This document shows, piece after piece, positions 26,149 to 34,472 of a DNA stretch of 64,000 nucleotides. This DNA comes from a virus. Lineage: Duplodnaviria; Caudoviricetes. The position numbers and the translations under genes are program-made. Each line of letters begins with the position of its first letter. Position 1 is the stretch's first letter. The stretch is taken from positions 32,001 to 96,000 of IMG/VR virus record IMGVR_UViG_3300032321_001270. The stretch is one strand, 5' to 3'. Below the pieces are notes generated by a model. That model did not search any database. It was not told the DNA's origin and was given only the letters and a program-made list of their open reading frames with translations.

Positions 26149-26396
26149 CGCCAGAAACTCACGCCGTCGTAATGATCTGGATGGTCATACGACAACTGCA
26201 CACCAATGAGACGGCTAAACTTATACGGGGGTGAATAATGCTCCCGTATCCACGCGTGCAGCTCCTCATCACTCTTATTGTCGCACCACGCTTGCGAACG
26301 TAGCGCGTCAAAGACATCGCCGGCATCCCAGTTAACACCGCATTCCGGGCACCGGCCGAATGGGTCCAACTTTGCTGTCTCTTCATTAAGTCGCAT
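26100..26396 (-). CDS. Zinc-ribbon protein
   Basis: CPECG and CPSCA pairs; start 26396 overlaps the upstream stop. Confidence 0.6.
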   Translation of the reverse strand: MRLNEETAKLDPFGRCPECGVNWDAGDVFDALRSQAWCDNKSDEELHAWIREHYSPPYKFSRLIGVQLSYDHPDHYDGVSFWRCPSCAHDWPRFREDS

Positions 26397-26637
26397 CGGC
26401 AAGCTCCTTCTGCGTGACGACGATAAACGAATCTTTCCCCGGCAACAGCGCCAAGCCGCGGCCGTTATCCCAGCGCACTGAGATCTGATGCCACTCTCGC
26501 GGGCCTTCAAAATTAACGGCGATAATCGTACCTTCCAATCCGACTGGCATATCCTTTTCAATAGGCATCCAATCAGAGTTCGGGTTGAGCATCGGTCCAG
26601 TTAATTTAACTCGCTGGCCGACTGCGTACGGTTCCAT
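26386..26637 (-). CDS. DUF4314-like protein
   Basis: GQRVKL...GTI...ISVRWDNGRGLALLPGKD. Confidence 0.65.
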   Translation of the reverse strand: MEPYAVGQRVKLTGPMLNPNSDWMPIEKDMPVGLEGTIIAVNFEGPREWHQISVRWDNGRGLALLPGKDSFIVVTQKELADAT

Positions 26638-26672
26638 AACTGACTCCTGGGTGAGTAGATATCAAAAAAACA

Positions 26673-26721
26673 GGCGAGCCGGGCTGAGGCATGGCGAAAC
26701 ATACCCCAGCCCGGCTACGCC
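26673..26721 (-). terminator. Intrinsic terminator
   Basis: gccgggctg/cagcccggc stem followed by T7. Confidence 0.7.
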
Positions 26722-26733
26722 AACAACACGCCG

Positions 26734-27333
26734 TCAGTCGTTCAGCAGCTCGGCGAGACGTTTGATCCCGCCGTGCCGCAGCACGAGACGGGTCACCGGG
26801 GCACGCTTCTTCTTGACAATCCGCGTAGCCAACTTCTTCACCGACACCTTGAACTTGTGCACAGCCGCCTTGGCCTTGCGCTTCTTCTTGCCCTGTGGGC
26901 TGGCCTGCTCCCGATGACTTTCCGACATCGGATTCAGCCTGTACAAGCCCGGGGGCAGCTTCCATCGGCCGTTGGGCCGATCGAACTTCCTGATCTGCGC
27001 ACGCAGACAGCCGGGCGTGGTGAACCGCACCTCGATCTTCTTTTTGACGTCGAAGATCTTGGTGATACCAGCGCCGATCTGGTAATCGAACTGACTGCCT
27101 GTTGCTTCGTCGAGCGCAAGCGCGACGACGCAGTAGCGGGCATCACCCGGCACAGCGTCAGCGATGTGCTGCGCTGAGATGTTGAACCAGAACGGTTCTC
27201 GGGCCAGCACGATCGTCCAGCTGGGATCGACCTCGTCCTTGAACGAGTCGCCCATCGCCCGAAGCGGCGAAGACGTATAACGATGTCGCTTGTGCACACC
27301 GTCCTTACGCGTCTTCTTATTATTAACAGCCAT
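26734..27333 (-). CDS. Basic hypothetical protein
   Basis: GGGAG SD; Lys/Arg-rich C-terminus; GC-rich codons. Confidence 0.65.
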   Translation of the reverse strand: MAVNNKKTRKDGVHKRHRYTSSPLRAMGDSFKDEVDPSWTIVLAREPFWFNISAQHIADAVPGDARYCVVALALDEATGSQFDYQIGAGITKIFDVKKKIEVRFTTPGCLRAQIRKFDRPNGRWKLPPGLYRLNPMSESHREQASPQGKKKRKAKAAVHKFKVSVKKLATRIVKKKRAPVTRLVLRHGGIKRLAELLND

Positions 27334-27767
27334 GACAGAACGTCTCCCTACGTTTCATCGAACCACTGAACAACCCACGACAACGTGCCGAGGGCAAGAA
27401 AAAAAACCGGGCGGGCCCTTTACGGTCCGACCCTATAACCCAAGACTAGCTGCAGCTCTTCTTGGAACCCCTCCACGTCGGCAGCACGCCACGAGATTCC
27501 CCGCAACGATAGCCAAAGGTAAGGAGTACCCGGTTAAACAACGTTGTGACGGACACGCAGGCCGTCACGGGATATAGGACTTCGGGCTCATGCGTGAATA
27601 TTTGCCCCAGTTTCCCGGCTAACCTTTTTGAGGCGCCTTCGTCCACTACGTTGTTGTTCGAGACCCGGCTGTTAATTCAGCAATCTTACCCGTTGAAAGA
27701 TAAGACGCGGACGCAATGCCGCGGTGTTAATTCACTTCACTACCCGATGAAGGATAGTTCCGGGCTA

Positions 27768-28112
27768 TGGAGGCGGCGGGAGTCGAACCCGCGTCCAGAG
27801 ATATCTCCAGAAAGAACGTCTACGTGTGTAGGCAGTTGTTGTTTACACTCTTGCCAAAGTTAGCCGATTATCGGCGTCAGGTGGGCTACCACCATCTTGC
27901 CCTTTCTTACTGGGCCAGATCAGCCGATTATCGGCGTCAACCTGATTGGGCAATAAGGCTCAGGTCGCCTCACTCACTGGCCTATTAACTAGGCAGCGAG
28001 GGCCGGTGCAAAAGCGCCAGCTAGAAACGTAATCGGCTTTTAACGTGGCCAACCGATCAACCACGACACGCAGTCCTAACCTTCCTTATCCTGTCGATAC
28101 CAGTACGCCCCC
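27768..28112 (-). ncRNA. ssrA: tmRNA; predicted tag AGAFAPALAA
   Basis: 5' GGGGGCGTACTGGTATCGAC; pseudoknot 1; tag frame ending LAA-TAG; 3' GGGTTCGACTCCCGCCGCCTCCA. Confidence 0.93.
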
Positions 28113-28336
28113 GTATTGTTGTTGGCCATATTCCCATTGTGAGGCTGCGGCGCTGGTGGGCGCCTGCGTTTACCGCCAGCTCTTTTTAACGTAATTTATC
28201 TGGCGGCACCAACAACAAATTGAAAATCTCGCCGCAGGGATGTGGTGATTACACGTAGTTGCTACGCTCCCACGCACATTGAGGCTCATAACTTCCCCCT
28301 GCATTTCGCATCGCTGTACACACGCTGCCGAGACAA

Positions 28337-28410
28337 TAACCCGGGTGGGAGTCGAACCCACAACAAGTAGATCCTAAGTCTACCGCCTCTGCCAGTTGTG
28401 CTACCGAGTT
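28337..28410 (-). tRNA. tRNA-Leu(TAG) with short variable loop
   Basis: Cloverleaf; gtaga-CTTAGGA-tctac; 5-nt variable region. Confidence 0.8.
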
Positions 28411-28547
28411 AAAAATTGATGAGTGTCGATTAGGGGTCGCTTCCGATATACGAGCCACGTGGATAGGCATACCGGGAAATCGAACTTAAAACCTCACTAC
28501 CTCCTGCCGGGGATCAGCCGGAACAGTTCAATGGTTTTACTCATCAA

Positions 28548-28620
28548 TGACCCCACGGGGATTCGAACCCCGGTAAACGGAACGAAAATCCGTTGTCCTA
28601 GGCCACTAGACGATGGGGCC
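28548..28620 (-). tRNA. tRNA-Glu(TTC)
   Basis: Cloverleaf; acgga-TTTTCGT-tccgt. Confidence 0.9.
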
Positions 28621-28629
28621 ATTGTCGTC

Positions 28630-28815
28630 TCAGTCTACCTTCTCGACGTTTAGCGCGATAAGAAAACCACACATTTGCGCGAACGTGATCAGCTGCTTCT
28701 CTTTGAGTTTGAAGAAATCTGCAAAGTGAGTAAACAGATCACAAGGCGACAGATCTGTCGGGTTTTGCGTTTCGCGCAACTTAGATATCAATTCAGCGGC
28801 TCTTTCCAGCGTCAT
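28630..28815 (-). CDS. Small hypothetical protein
   Basis: AAGGAG SD before MTLERAAE. Confidence 0.55.
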   Translation of the reverse strand: MTLERAAELISKLRETQNPTDLSPCDLFTHFADFFKLKEKQLITFAQMCGFLIALNVEKVD

Positions 28816-28851
28816 CTTCTTGCTCCTTCGTGTAAAGATAACAAAACTCAT

Positions 28852-28922
28852 TGGGCCGCCAAGGAATCGAACCTTGCGTCGCGAGTTAATAAGACTCGCT
28901 TGCCTACCAGTTTCCGCGGCCC
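28852..28922 (-). tRNA. Atypical tRNA-Ile(TAT) or tRNA-like element
   Basis: Perfect acceptor, T and anticodon stems; loop CTTATTA; short unpaired D region. Confidence 0.6.
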
Positions 28923-28985
28923 GCGTGGGCGGGGCGCCAGCAGCTTGGGCTACTGCCAGCGCCCCGCCGTCAGCGAGTCTAACGC

Positions 28986-29330
28986 TTACCGATAGCGCTT
29001 GCACGCATACCAGCGGCCATCCCTGCCTCGCGCGACCCCTTGATCAACAACCCTCATTCCGCTGCGGCTGTAGCAGCAGTTATTCAGAGCCTGCTCGGGC
29101 GTGGAACCGGCGCCAACACCCTCGTAGCCTGAATTACCACCACAGTGCCCCATAGCACCGCGACTTGCCTGCATCTCTGCGACGCCTTGCGCCGTAGAGT
29201 TAGTGTAGGCATAGCTGCGCACAGACGGGATTGGCGTCGAACTGGTATAGCGTCGTACTACAACAGGGCCGTCGGCATGCGCAACGCCGACAACAGAGAG
29301 CGCCAATAGCGAAAGAAAAACGCGAATCAT
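28986..29330 (-). CDS. Secreted minimal CAP/SCP-like protein
   Basis: Signal peptide; MGHCGG..YEGVG..NNCCY..GVARG..GRWYAC. Confidence 0.55.
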   Translation of the reverse strand: MIRVFLSLLALSVVGVAHADGPVVVRRYTSSTPIPSVRSYAYTNSTAQGVAEMQASRGAMGHCGGNSGYEGVGAGSTPEQALNNCCYSRSGMRVVDQGVARGRDGRWYACKRYR

Positions 29331-29392
29331 ACGATCCTCCGTGACAAACCAAACAAACCACAGCCCGGAACATTTCTGCGCCGGGCTGACAG

Positions 29393-29466
29393 TAGGCGCA
29401 AAGGGACTCGAACCCCTAACCCCCTGCGTGTAAAACAGGTGCTCTGACCAATTGAGCTATGCGCCT
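29393..29466 (-). tRNA. tRNA-Val(TAC)
   Basis: Cloverleaf; cctgt-TTTACAC-gcagg. Confidence 0.92.
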
Positions 29467-29472
29467 GCGAGT

Positions 29473-29829
29473 CTAACCCGCGTGTTCTAACTCTCGACGA
29501 CGACGTGCTCGTGCCCAAGGCGACCGATTCCAATACCAGCCCCGCCAACGATTGCAATATCCACGCCACCGCCGGCGCAACTTGTGATACCACTTGTTGC
29601 GGCCGATGGTGGTTAAATAATGCTGCGTCCAGAAGCTCATCGACTCGTCCGATGTTCCGTCGATATAGCTTTCCCCGCAATCGAAGCACCGATTCGCCGG
29701 TACGCGAAACACCGGAACTTGGTGTTGCTGTCCGTCAATCAGCATCGACATGACGTCATTGAATTCAACGGCTTCAATACGCCCACCGCAGTGCATGCAC
29801 TTTAACGACTTGTAAATTGGCTTACCCAT
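29473..29829 (-). CDS. YgiT/MqsA-type zinc-finger protein
   Basis: CMHCGG...VPANRCFDCGESY. Confidence 0.65.
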   Translation of the reverse strand: MGKPIYKSLKCMHCGGRIEAVEFNDVMSMLIDGQQHQVPVFRVPANRCFDCGESYIDGTSDESMSFWTQHYLTTIGRNKWYHKLRRRWRGYCNRWRGWYWNRSPWARARRRRELEHAG

Positions 29830-29841
29830 GTCGCCCTCCAA

Positions 29842-29926
29842 TGGCCAAGGCGGGAATCGAACCCGCACGGGAAGTTATTCCCAGCGGATTTTAAGTCCGC
29901 TGCGTCTGCCGTTTCGCCACTCGGCC
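29842..29926 (-). tRNA. tRNA-Leu(TAA)
   Basis: Cloverleaf with long variable arm; gcgga-CTTAAAA-tccgc. Confidence 0.95.
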
Positions 29927-29935
29927 AACCGCCTG

Positions 29936-30280
29936 CTAAACCAGCGCCGGATCTTCCCGCTCGGCGGGAGCAGGATACTTGTCGGGGTGACCGATGTGCA
30001 TGAACTTATCGCGCCCCGACCGACTATGCGTGCCGCATCCTGATCGCAAAATCATTGCTTCCTTGAAGTACTGATACACGCGATCGATGTCCAGATACTC
30101 ACGATACGTCAACCCAGCCTCCAATTGCCGCGGCCGATCCAGCATTTCTCGCAGCGTATTCAAATGCTCGGCGATCTTGTCGTTGTAGTACTCGGCCGTC
30201 GTTTCCAGATCATCTTTGCCGTTGTTGATCATACACGTACCTCTTGTCCCCAATTTGACACCACCAACGCTGCCCATCAT
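29936..30280 (-). CDS. Hypothetical protein (start possibly MINNG)
   Basis: ORF between tRNA genes. Confidence 0.5.
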   Translation of the reverse strand: MMGSVGGVKLGTRGTCMINNGKDDLETTAEYYNDKIAEHLNTLREMLDRPRQLEAGLTYREYLDIDRVYQYFKEAMILRSGCGTHSRSGRDKFMHIGHPDKYPAPAEREDPALV

Positions 30281-30440
30281 TCCAGTAGATGGGTGTAACA
30301 GACGCTGACGGGGGTTGCAACTCGGTCGGTTTCGGGTGGGCTTTTTGATACTCTTCGTAGCTTTCCCACGCGATTCCGGCCAACATCAGCAACGCCGTGA
30401 TCAACCCGATTAAGTTACCTTTAATCTCGATCCCCTTCAT
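30210..30440 (-). CDS. Small membrane protein
   Basis: AAGGAGG SD; N-terminal TM helix. Confidence 0.65.
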   Translation of the reverse strand: MKGIEIKGNLIGLITALLMLAGIAWESYEEYQKAHPKPTELQPPSASVTPIYWNDGQRWWCQIGDKRYVYDQQRQR

Positions 30441-30486
30441 TTCAAACCTCCTTGTTTAGAAATGAAACCCAAAAAGAATCCCCCAA

Positions 30487-30560
30487 TGCCTCCTCTAGGA
30501 TTCGAACCTAGGACCAACGGATTAAAAGTCCGATGCTCTAACCAGCTGAGCTAAGGAGGC
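30487..30560 (-). tRNA. tRNA-Lys(TTT)
   Basis: Cloverleaf; tcgga-CTTTTAA-tccgt. Confidence 0.95.
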
Positions 30561-30593
30561 CCAACGTTTAACGCCTGTTGGTGGCGAAGCGCT

Positions 30594-31157
30594 TTACCGT
30601 GCGCCAGCGTTCGTGAGGCGGCATGAGCCGTCTTGGCACGCAGGACCGGCCTGCAATTCCTCACGAGTTACCTCACGGACGTTGCCGCCCATCAGGTGTG
30701 CTTTCCACTTGCCGCGCACTTTGTGCAGGACAAGTTCAAACTCGCACAACTCCCACGGCGGAAGCATAGCTGAGCGCGAGCGAAACTCGGAGTACGGGAG
30801 GTCTTTGTCATCTTCTCCGCCGGCAAGAGTTTCTTGCACGACTTTGACGGTGACTGTTTGTCCGTACTCGGTCATCTCGGCAGAAACGAAGTCAACAGAT
30901 ATAAGCCGCGCATACACGTCAACCTCGTCAAAAAACTGTTTGAGTTCTTTGACAAAAGTTTCTCGATTAGGTGTGTAGGGCGTCATCGTATCCATTACCG
31001 CGTCAACATCCTCGGCGTTGCTAGCGGCGAGGTTTTGTTGAACGACCGTCTCGATGAGCTGCATTTCTTTTTTGCCGCGAGCGTTTAAACCCGCAGCGGA
31101 AGCAATGCCGGCCATCATCAGAACAGTCAAAATTACAGAGGTCACAACTTTAATCAT
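30594..31157 (-). CDS. Secreted NTF2/SnoaL-like protein
   Basis: Signal peptide; NLAASNAEDVDAVMDT helix followed by beta strands. Confidence 0.55.
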   Translation of the reverse strand: MIKVVTSVILTVLMMAGIASAAGLNARGKKEMQLIETVVQQNLAASNAEDVDAVMDTMTPYTPNRETFVKELKQFFDEVDVYARLISVDFVSAEMTEYGQTVTVKVVQETLAGGEDDKDLPYSEFRSRSAMLPPWELCEFELVLHKVRGKWKAHLMGGNVREVTREELQAGPACQDGSCRLTNAGAR

Positions 31158-31338
31158 CTCGCTGACTCCTTGTTAAACAGATGTGAGCAAAGCCGCCGCA
31201 AAGCGCCCAGCCCACAAATGCGCCCGTTACGTCTACCGCTTCTCCCATTTGGAAGGACCGCGCTGCTTCTAGCCCAAGAACAGCGCCGGCCACGGTACAC
31301 GCAACGATCAAGATTTCACGGACAATCGGGTATGGCAT
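31150..31338 (-). CDS. Small two-TM membrane protein
   Basis: AAGGAGG SD; hydrophobic hairpin. Confidence 0.6.
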   Translation of the reverse strand: MPYPIVREILIVACTVAGAVLGLEAARSFQMGEAVDVTGAFVGWALCGGFAHICLTRSQRDD

Positions 31339-31401
31339 GTCATCCTCCTTGCACCGCCCGAATGTGTGCTATATCCACGAACACATATTCGCGGGGCACA
31401 A

Positions 31402-31434
31402 GGAATATGCCCGATAATTAGCAGAAATTTAGCA
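31402..31434 (-). promoter_or_regulatory. Conserved bipartite phage promoter (variant)
   Basis: TGCTAAATT-N17-ATATTCC. Confidence 0.6.
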
Positions 31435-31437
31435 CGT

Positions 31438-32574
31438 TTATCGACTGCAAAAAGTGGGTATATCCCAGTCTTTTTTTTCGTGCTTTTCGGGCAATGTGTA
31501 CCAACCTTTGTCGTATAGCTGATAGATCTTCTGAAATGCCTCGTCATATCTAGCGCCACACGCCTGAAGGCTGTACGTATCACGAGCCGCTTTGGCTATG
31601 GCGGCGCGGTCAAGTGAACCAACCTTGCCCAGAGCTGTCAACCAGTCGGCCAGCGTCTTACAGCGAAAGCCGTTGAAACCGGGCTGGACGGTTTCCGTGA
31701 AAGCTCCGTAGTCAGTTGTGATCAGCGGCGTACCGCACAGCAGACCTTCGACACCAGAACCGCCAAACGGCTCAATGAAGTTGGTCGGCATGAGCGAGCA
31801 GATGGCGTTGCGCATGAAATCGCTGCGCTCTGTACCGGCGAGCGGACCTTTGTAGATGATATTTGGATGCGCCCAGCGCTCGTGGTCGCCCTGTCCGCAC
31901 AACACGATTTTCGGCCCGTCGGTATGTATGTGTTTGGCAATCTCTTGAATCGTGTCGAGACCCTTGCAGGCATCAATACGACCGAGAAACGCATAGTAGC
32001 TGCCGGCAGAGAACTTTGGCTGCCAATCGTCAATCTCGAAATAGTTTGGGATTACGAACTCATAGTGCGCGCCCTGCCGACCGTCTTTACCGGCGTGATA
32101 GTGCCGCCACGCGTAACTTTCAAATATCTTAATTGTGCCGTCCACCAGCGTCGGATAGCCGATGCCTGTTTCAACGTGGATGTTTTCGGGAAAGTCTTGC
32201 AGCAACCTTGAGTGCGCATGCCCAAACGGGTGGCAAATGATATCCCTCGGCTTTACCCGCGCTTTCATAACGGGAACCAACTTGGATTCAAATAACGCGT
32301 GGTGCGGCGTACCCAGCGAAGCCTTGTCGCCATGAAACGCTTTTTTGTCCCGGCCACCAAGCAAAGACTCAAACTCGTTATCTGTAAGCACAGTGACTTT
32401 TTCGTCAGCTTCGCTTTCGCTGCCGGCGTTTGCATACTCAACAACAGGATAGCCATACATACGCAGCATCTTGGAAAAGCGCAGGGCCTTTCCGGTGAAC
32501 GCGCAGTGCGAATACTCCTGCGTGTGCTTCGTGTGAAAGATACCTACAAGATGCAGCGTCGGCTTGTCTGCCAC
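31438..32574 (-). CDS. GT-B fold glycosyltransferase (GT4-like)
   Basis: FLGRIDACKG; EPFGGSGVEGLLCGTPLI (Ex7E). Confidence 0.9.
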   Translation of the reverse strand: MADKPTLHLVGIFHTKHTQEYSHCAFTGKALRFSKMLRMYGYPVVEYANAGSESEADEKVTVLTDNEFESLLGGRDKKAFHGDKASLGTPHHALFESKLVPVMKARVKPRDIICHPFGHAHSRLLQDFPENIHVETGIGYPTLVDGTIKIFESYAWRHYHAGKDGRQGAHYEFVIPNYFEIDDWQPKFSAGSYYAFLGRIDACKGLDTIQEIAKHIHTDGPKIVLCGQGDHERWAHPNIIYKGPLAGTERSDFMRNAICSLMPTNFIEPFGGSGVEGLLCGTPLITTDYGAFTETVQPGFNGFRCKTLADWLTALGKVGSLDRAAIAKAARDTYSLQACGARYDEAFQKIYQLYDKGWYTLPEKHEKKDWDIPTFCSR

Positions 32575-32590
32575 TGATTACTCCTTTGGT

Positions 32591-33109
32591 TTAAGCGCAG
32601 TCACTGAACGGTAACCATTTCTGATCCGGCGGTGCTGGCTGTGATTTTTTTAATTCTTCAGCGGCAGCGATCAAGCTGTCCGCAAGCTTTGTCCTGCCGG
32701 TTTGCGTAAGTGTCGGGATAAACAGCGTGTACGAGTTGCGCGGGCCAAACGAGACAGTTACGCCGCGGTCTTCAACTGCCGCCTTACCGGGGTAATAAAC
32801 GCCAAGCAAACTTTTGAGATAGTTATTCTCAGTCACAATCGCCGAAATCGTTGCCGCCAGTTCGTTTGTGGTCGCGTTTTTGAATCCGACAAATCGCGCG
32901 CCACCTCTTGCAATTTCCATGAGCTTGGTCAGTACCCACGCCCCCTCCTCGACTAGTGTATTGAGGGTTGCGGCGTCGACCATTTCTTCCCGCGGTCGGT
33001 TGCAACCTTCTTTGTTGGAACAGCAGCCCATGTGTTTTCCTTTGAAGTTGAGAGTCACGAAAAGCAGCGTACAGAAGAAGACTGGCCCACACAACAACGA
33101 CCGCCACAA
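32591..33109 (-). CDS. Hypothetical protein (start possibly MGCC)
   Basis: ORF within the operon. Confidence 0.55.
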   Translation of the reverse strand: MWRSLLCGPVFFCTLLFVTLNFKGKHMGCCSNKEGCNRPREEMVDAATLNTLVEEGAWVLTKLMEIARGGARFVGFKNATTNELAATISAIVTENNYLKSLLGVYYPGKAAVEDRGVTVSFGPRNSYTLFIPTLTQTGRTKLADSLIAAAEELKKSQPAPPDQKWLPFSDCA

Positions 33110-33133
33110 ATACCACCCATTTAATTAGCACGG

Positions 33134-33343
33134 TTAGTCAAGCGGCGTAATGCGCCGTTTAGGGTTGAAGTCAGCGTGCGGAGCGGCGTAATCCGTGAAA
33201 TGCGATTCGGGCACAGGAACATACACGACTTTTGTTTTGTAGGCGCGCCGTTTTTCTGTTTCACGTTCTGACCAATTTACGCGAATCGCTCTCGCGCGCA
33301 ATTCTATTTCTTCGGGCGTTGGCGCCGGTACGCGTTTAGCCAT
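33134..33343 (-). CDS. Small hypothetical protein
   Basis: ORF within the operon. Confidence 0.55.
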   Translation of the reverse strand: MAKRVPAPTPEEIELRARAIRVNWSERETEKRRAYKTKVVYVPVPESHFTDYAAPHADFNPKRRITPLD

Positions 33344-33352
33344 AAAACCTTT

Positions 33353-33970
33353 CTAGTGTTTGCGCTTACCGGTCGTCGGTACAAGACCGTGCTTAACGGC
33401 ATAGCACGCGGCACAGGCAGGGAGATATTTTTCTTCGCAACCGAGTTCTACAGATGGTCCGTCAAGCGTTGGGTTGCCGTCGCACAATTTAAGATTGAAC
33501 ACAGCCTTGCGCAAGCAAAACGTGCATATCGTTTTGATTTCTTCTATCGAGTCGGCTAGTTCGAGCAGTCGCTGTGAAGCTGGGAAGAGTTGCCGGCGAA
33601 AGTCTGTCCGCAGGCCGTAGCAAATGACAGGTATTCCCGTGCGGTTATAGGGCGGATACGTGCAGGCGTGAGCGACACAGTGTAGCTGGTCAATAGCCTC
33701 TACCGAGAGAAACTGCGCCTCATCCACAAGCAGGCACACGACGTCGTTTAGATCTGGTAGCGCGCATTTGCCGGTAGGTGGCACAAGCACGTCTGCCGGG
33801 GCTTCTAGACCAGCCCGTGTCTTAATGATATCTTTGCCAAAACGAATATCGACAGCCGGCTTGAGCAGCAAAACTTTTTTATCCTGTTGCCGGTAATTGT
33901 GGGCAACAGCCAGTAGGTTCATGGTCTTTGCGCTGCCAACCGTACCGTACCGGAAATAAAGTTTGGCCAT
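33353..33970 (-). CDS. tdk: Thymidine kinase (type II)
   Basis: YGTVGSAKT, VDEAQFL, YGLRTDF and zinc CxxC pairs. Confidence 0.95.
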   Translation of the reverse strand: MAKLYFRYGTVGSAKTMNLLAVAHNYRQQDKKVLLLKPAVDIRFGKDIIKTRAGLEAPADVLVPPTGKCALPDLNDVVCLLVDEAQFLSVEAIDQLHCVAHACTYPPYNRTGIPVICYGLRTDFRRQLFPASQRLLELADSIEEIKTICTFCLRKAVFNLKLCDGNPTLDGPSVELGCEEKYLPACAACYAVKHGLVPTTGKRKH

Positions 33971-33973
33971 AGA

Positions 33974-34471
33974 TTATGGTTCTGTCGTTTCTTGCGGGCA
34001 GACGTTAATCTCAACAGGCGACTCACCGGCGTAGCTATCATACAAAACTTCGCCGGTAGTAGAACGCGTGACCTTGAGACGCGCAATACCTCTGTGGCAG
34101 TCAGAGTAGTCGCACTGCAACTGCGCGTAAATAATACAGCAATCTTCGGCGTCTTTGGTGATGCTTTCAGCTTGCTGTTTGCTGATTGTTCTTGTAACGG
34201 TGACCAACCTGCCGTCGCTGCCGTTGTTGAGATTGACGTTGCCAATTTCAGTTTTATTTGCTTCTTGCCCTTTGGCGTAAATGTACAGTGTAAAACTGGC
34301 GCGATCGCATTGATGGCCGTCTCCACCGCCGGCTTTATACTCCAGCTGCACGCCTTCAATACCGCAGCCGCAGCAGCAATTTTTATCTTTTATTTCCCCC
34401 ATAACGAGCTTAGGAGAACCGCACGATGGCACGCGCAAACGGCCGTTAAGCATGATAAGTTTTTGAACCAT
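33974..34471 (-). CDS. Cys-rich hypothetical protein
   Basis: ORF, 9 Cys. Confidence 0.55.
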   Translation of the reverse strand: MVQKLIMLNGRLRVPSCGSPKLVMGEIKDKNCCCGCGIEGVQLEYKAGGGDGHQCDRASFTLYIYAKGQEANKTEIGNVNLNNGSDGRLVTVTRTISKQQAESITKDAEDCCIIYAQLQCDYSDCHRGIARLKVTRSTTGEVLYDSYAGESPVEINVCPQETTEP

Positions 34472-34472
34472 G

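Noticed and set aside
27767-27988. ORF MEAAGVEPAS...
   Set aside because: Typical spurious translation of the antisense tmRNA/T-arm.
28420-28540. Extra tRNA between Leu(TAG) and Glu
   Set aside because: It has a TTCGATT T-loop-like word, but I could not build acceptor or anticodon stems.
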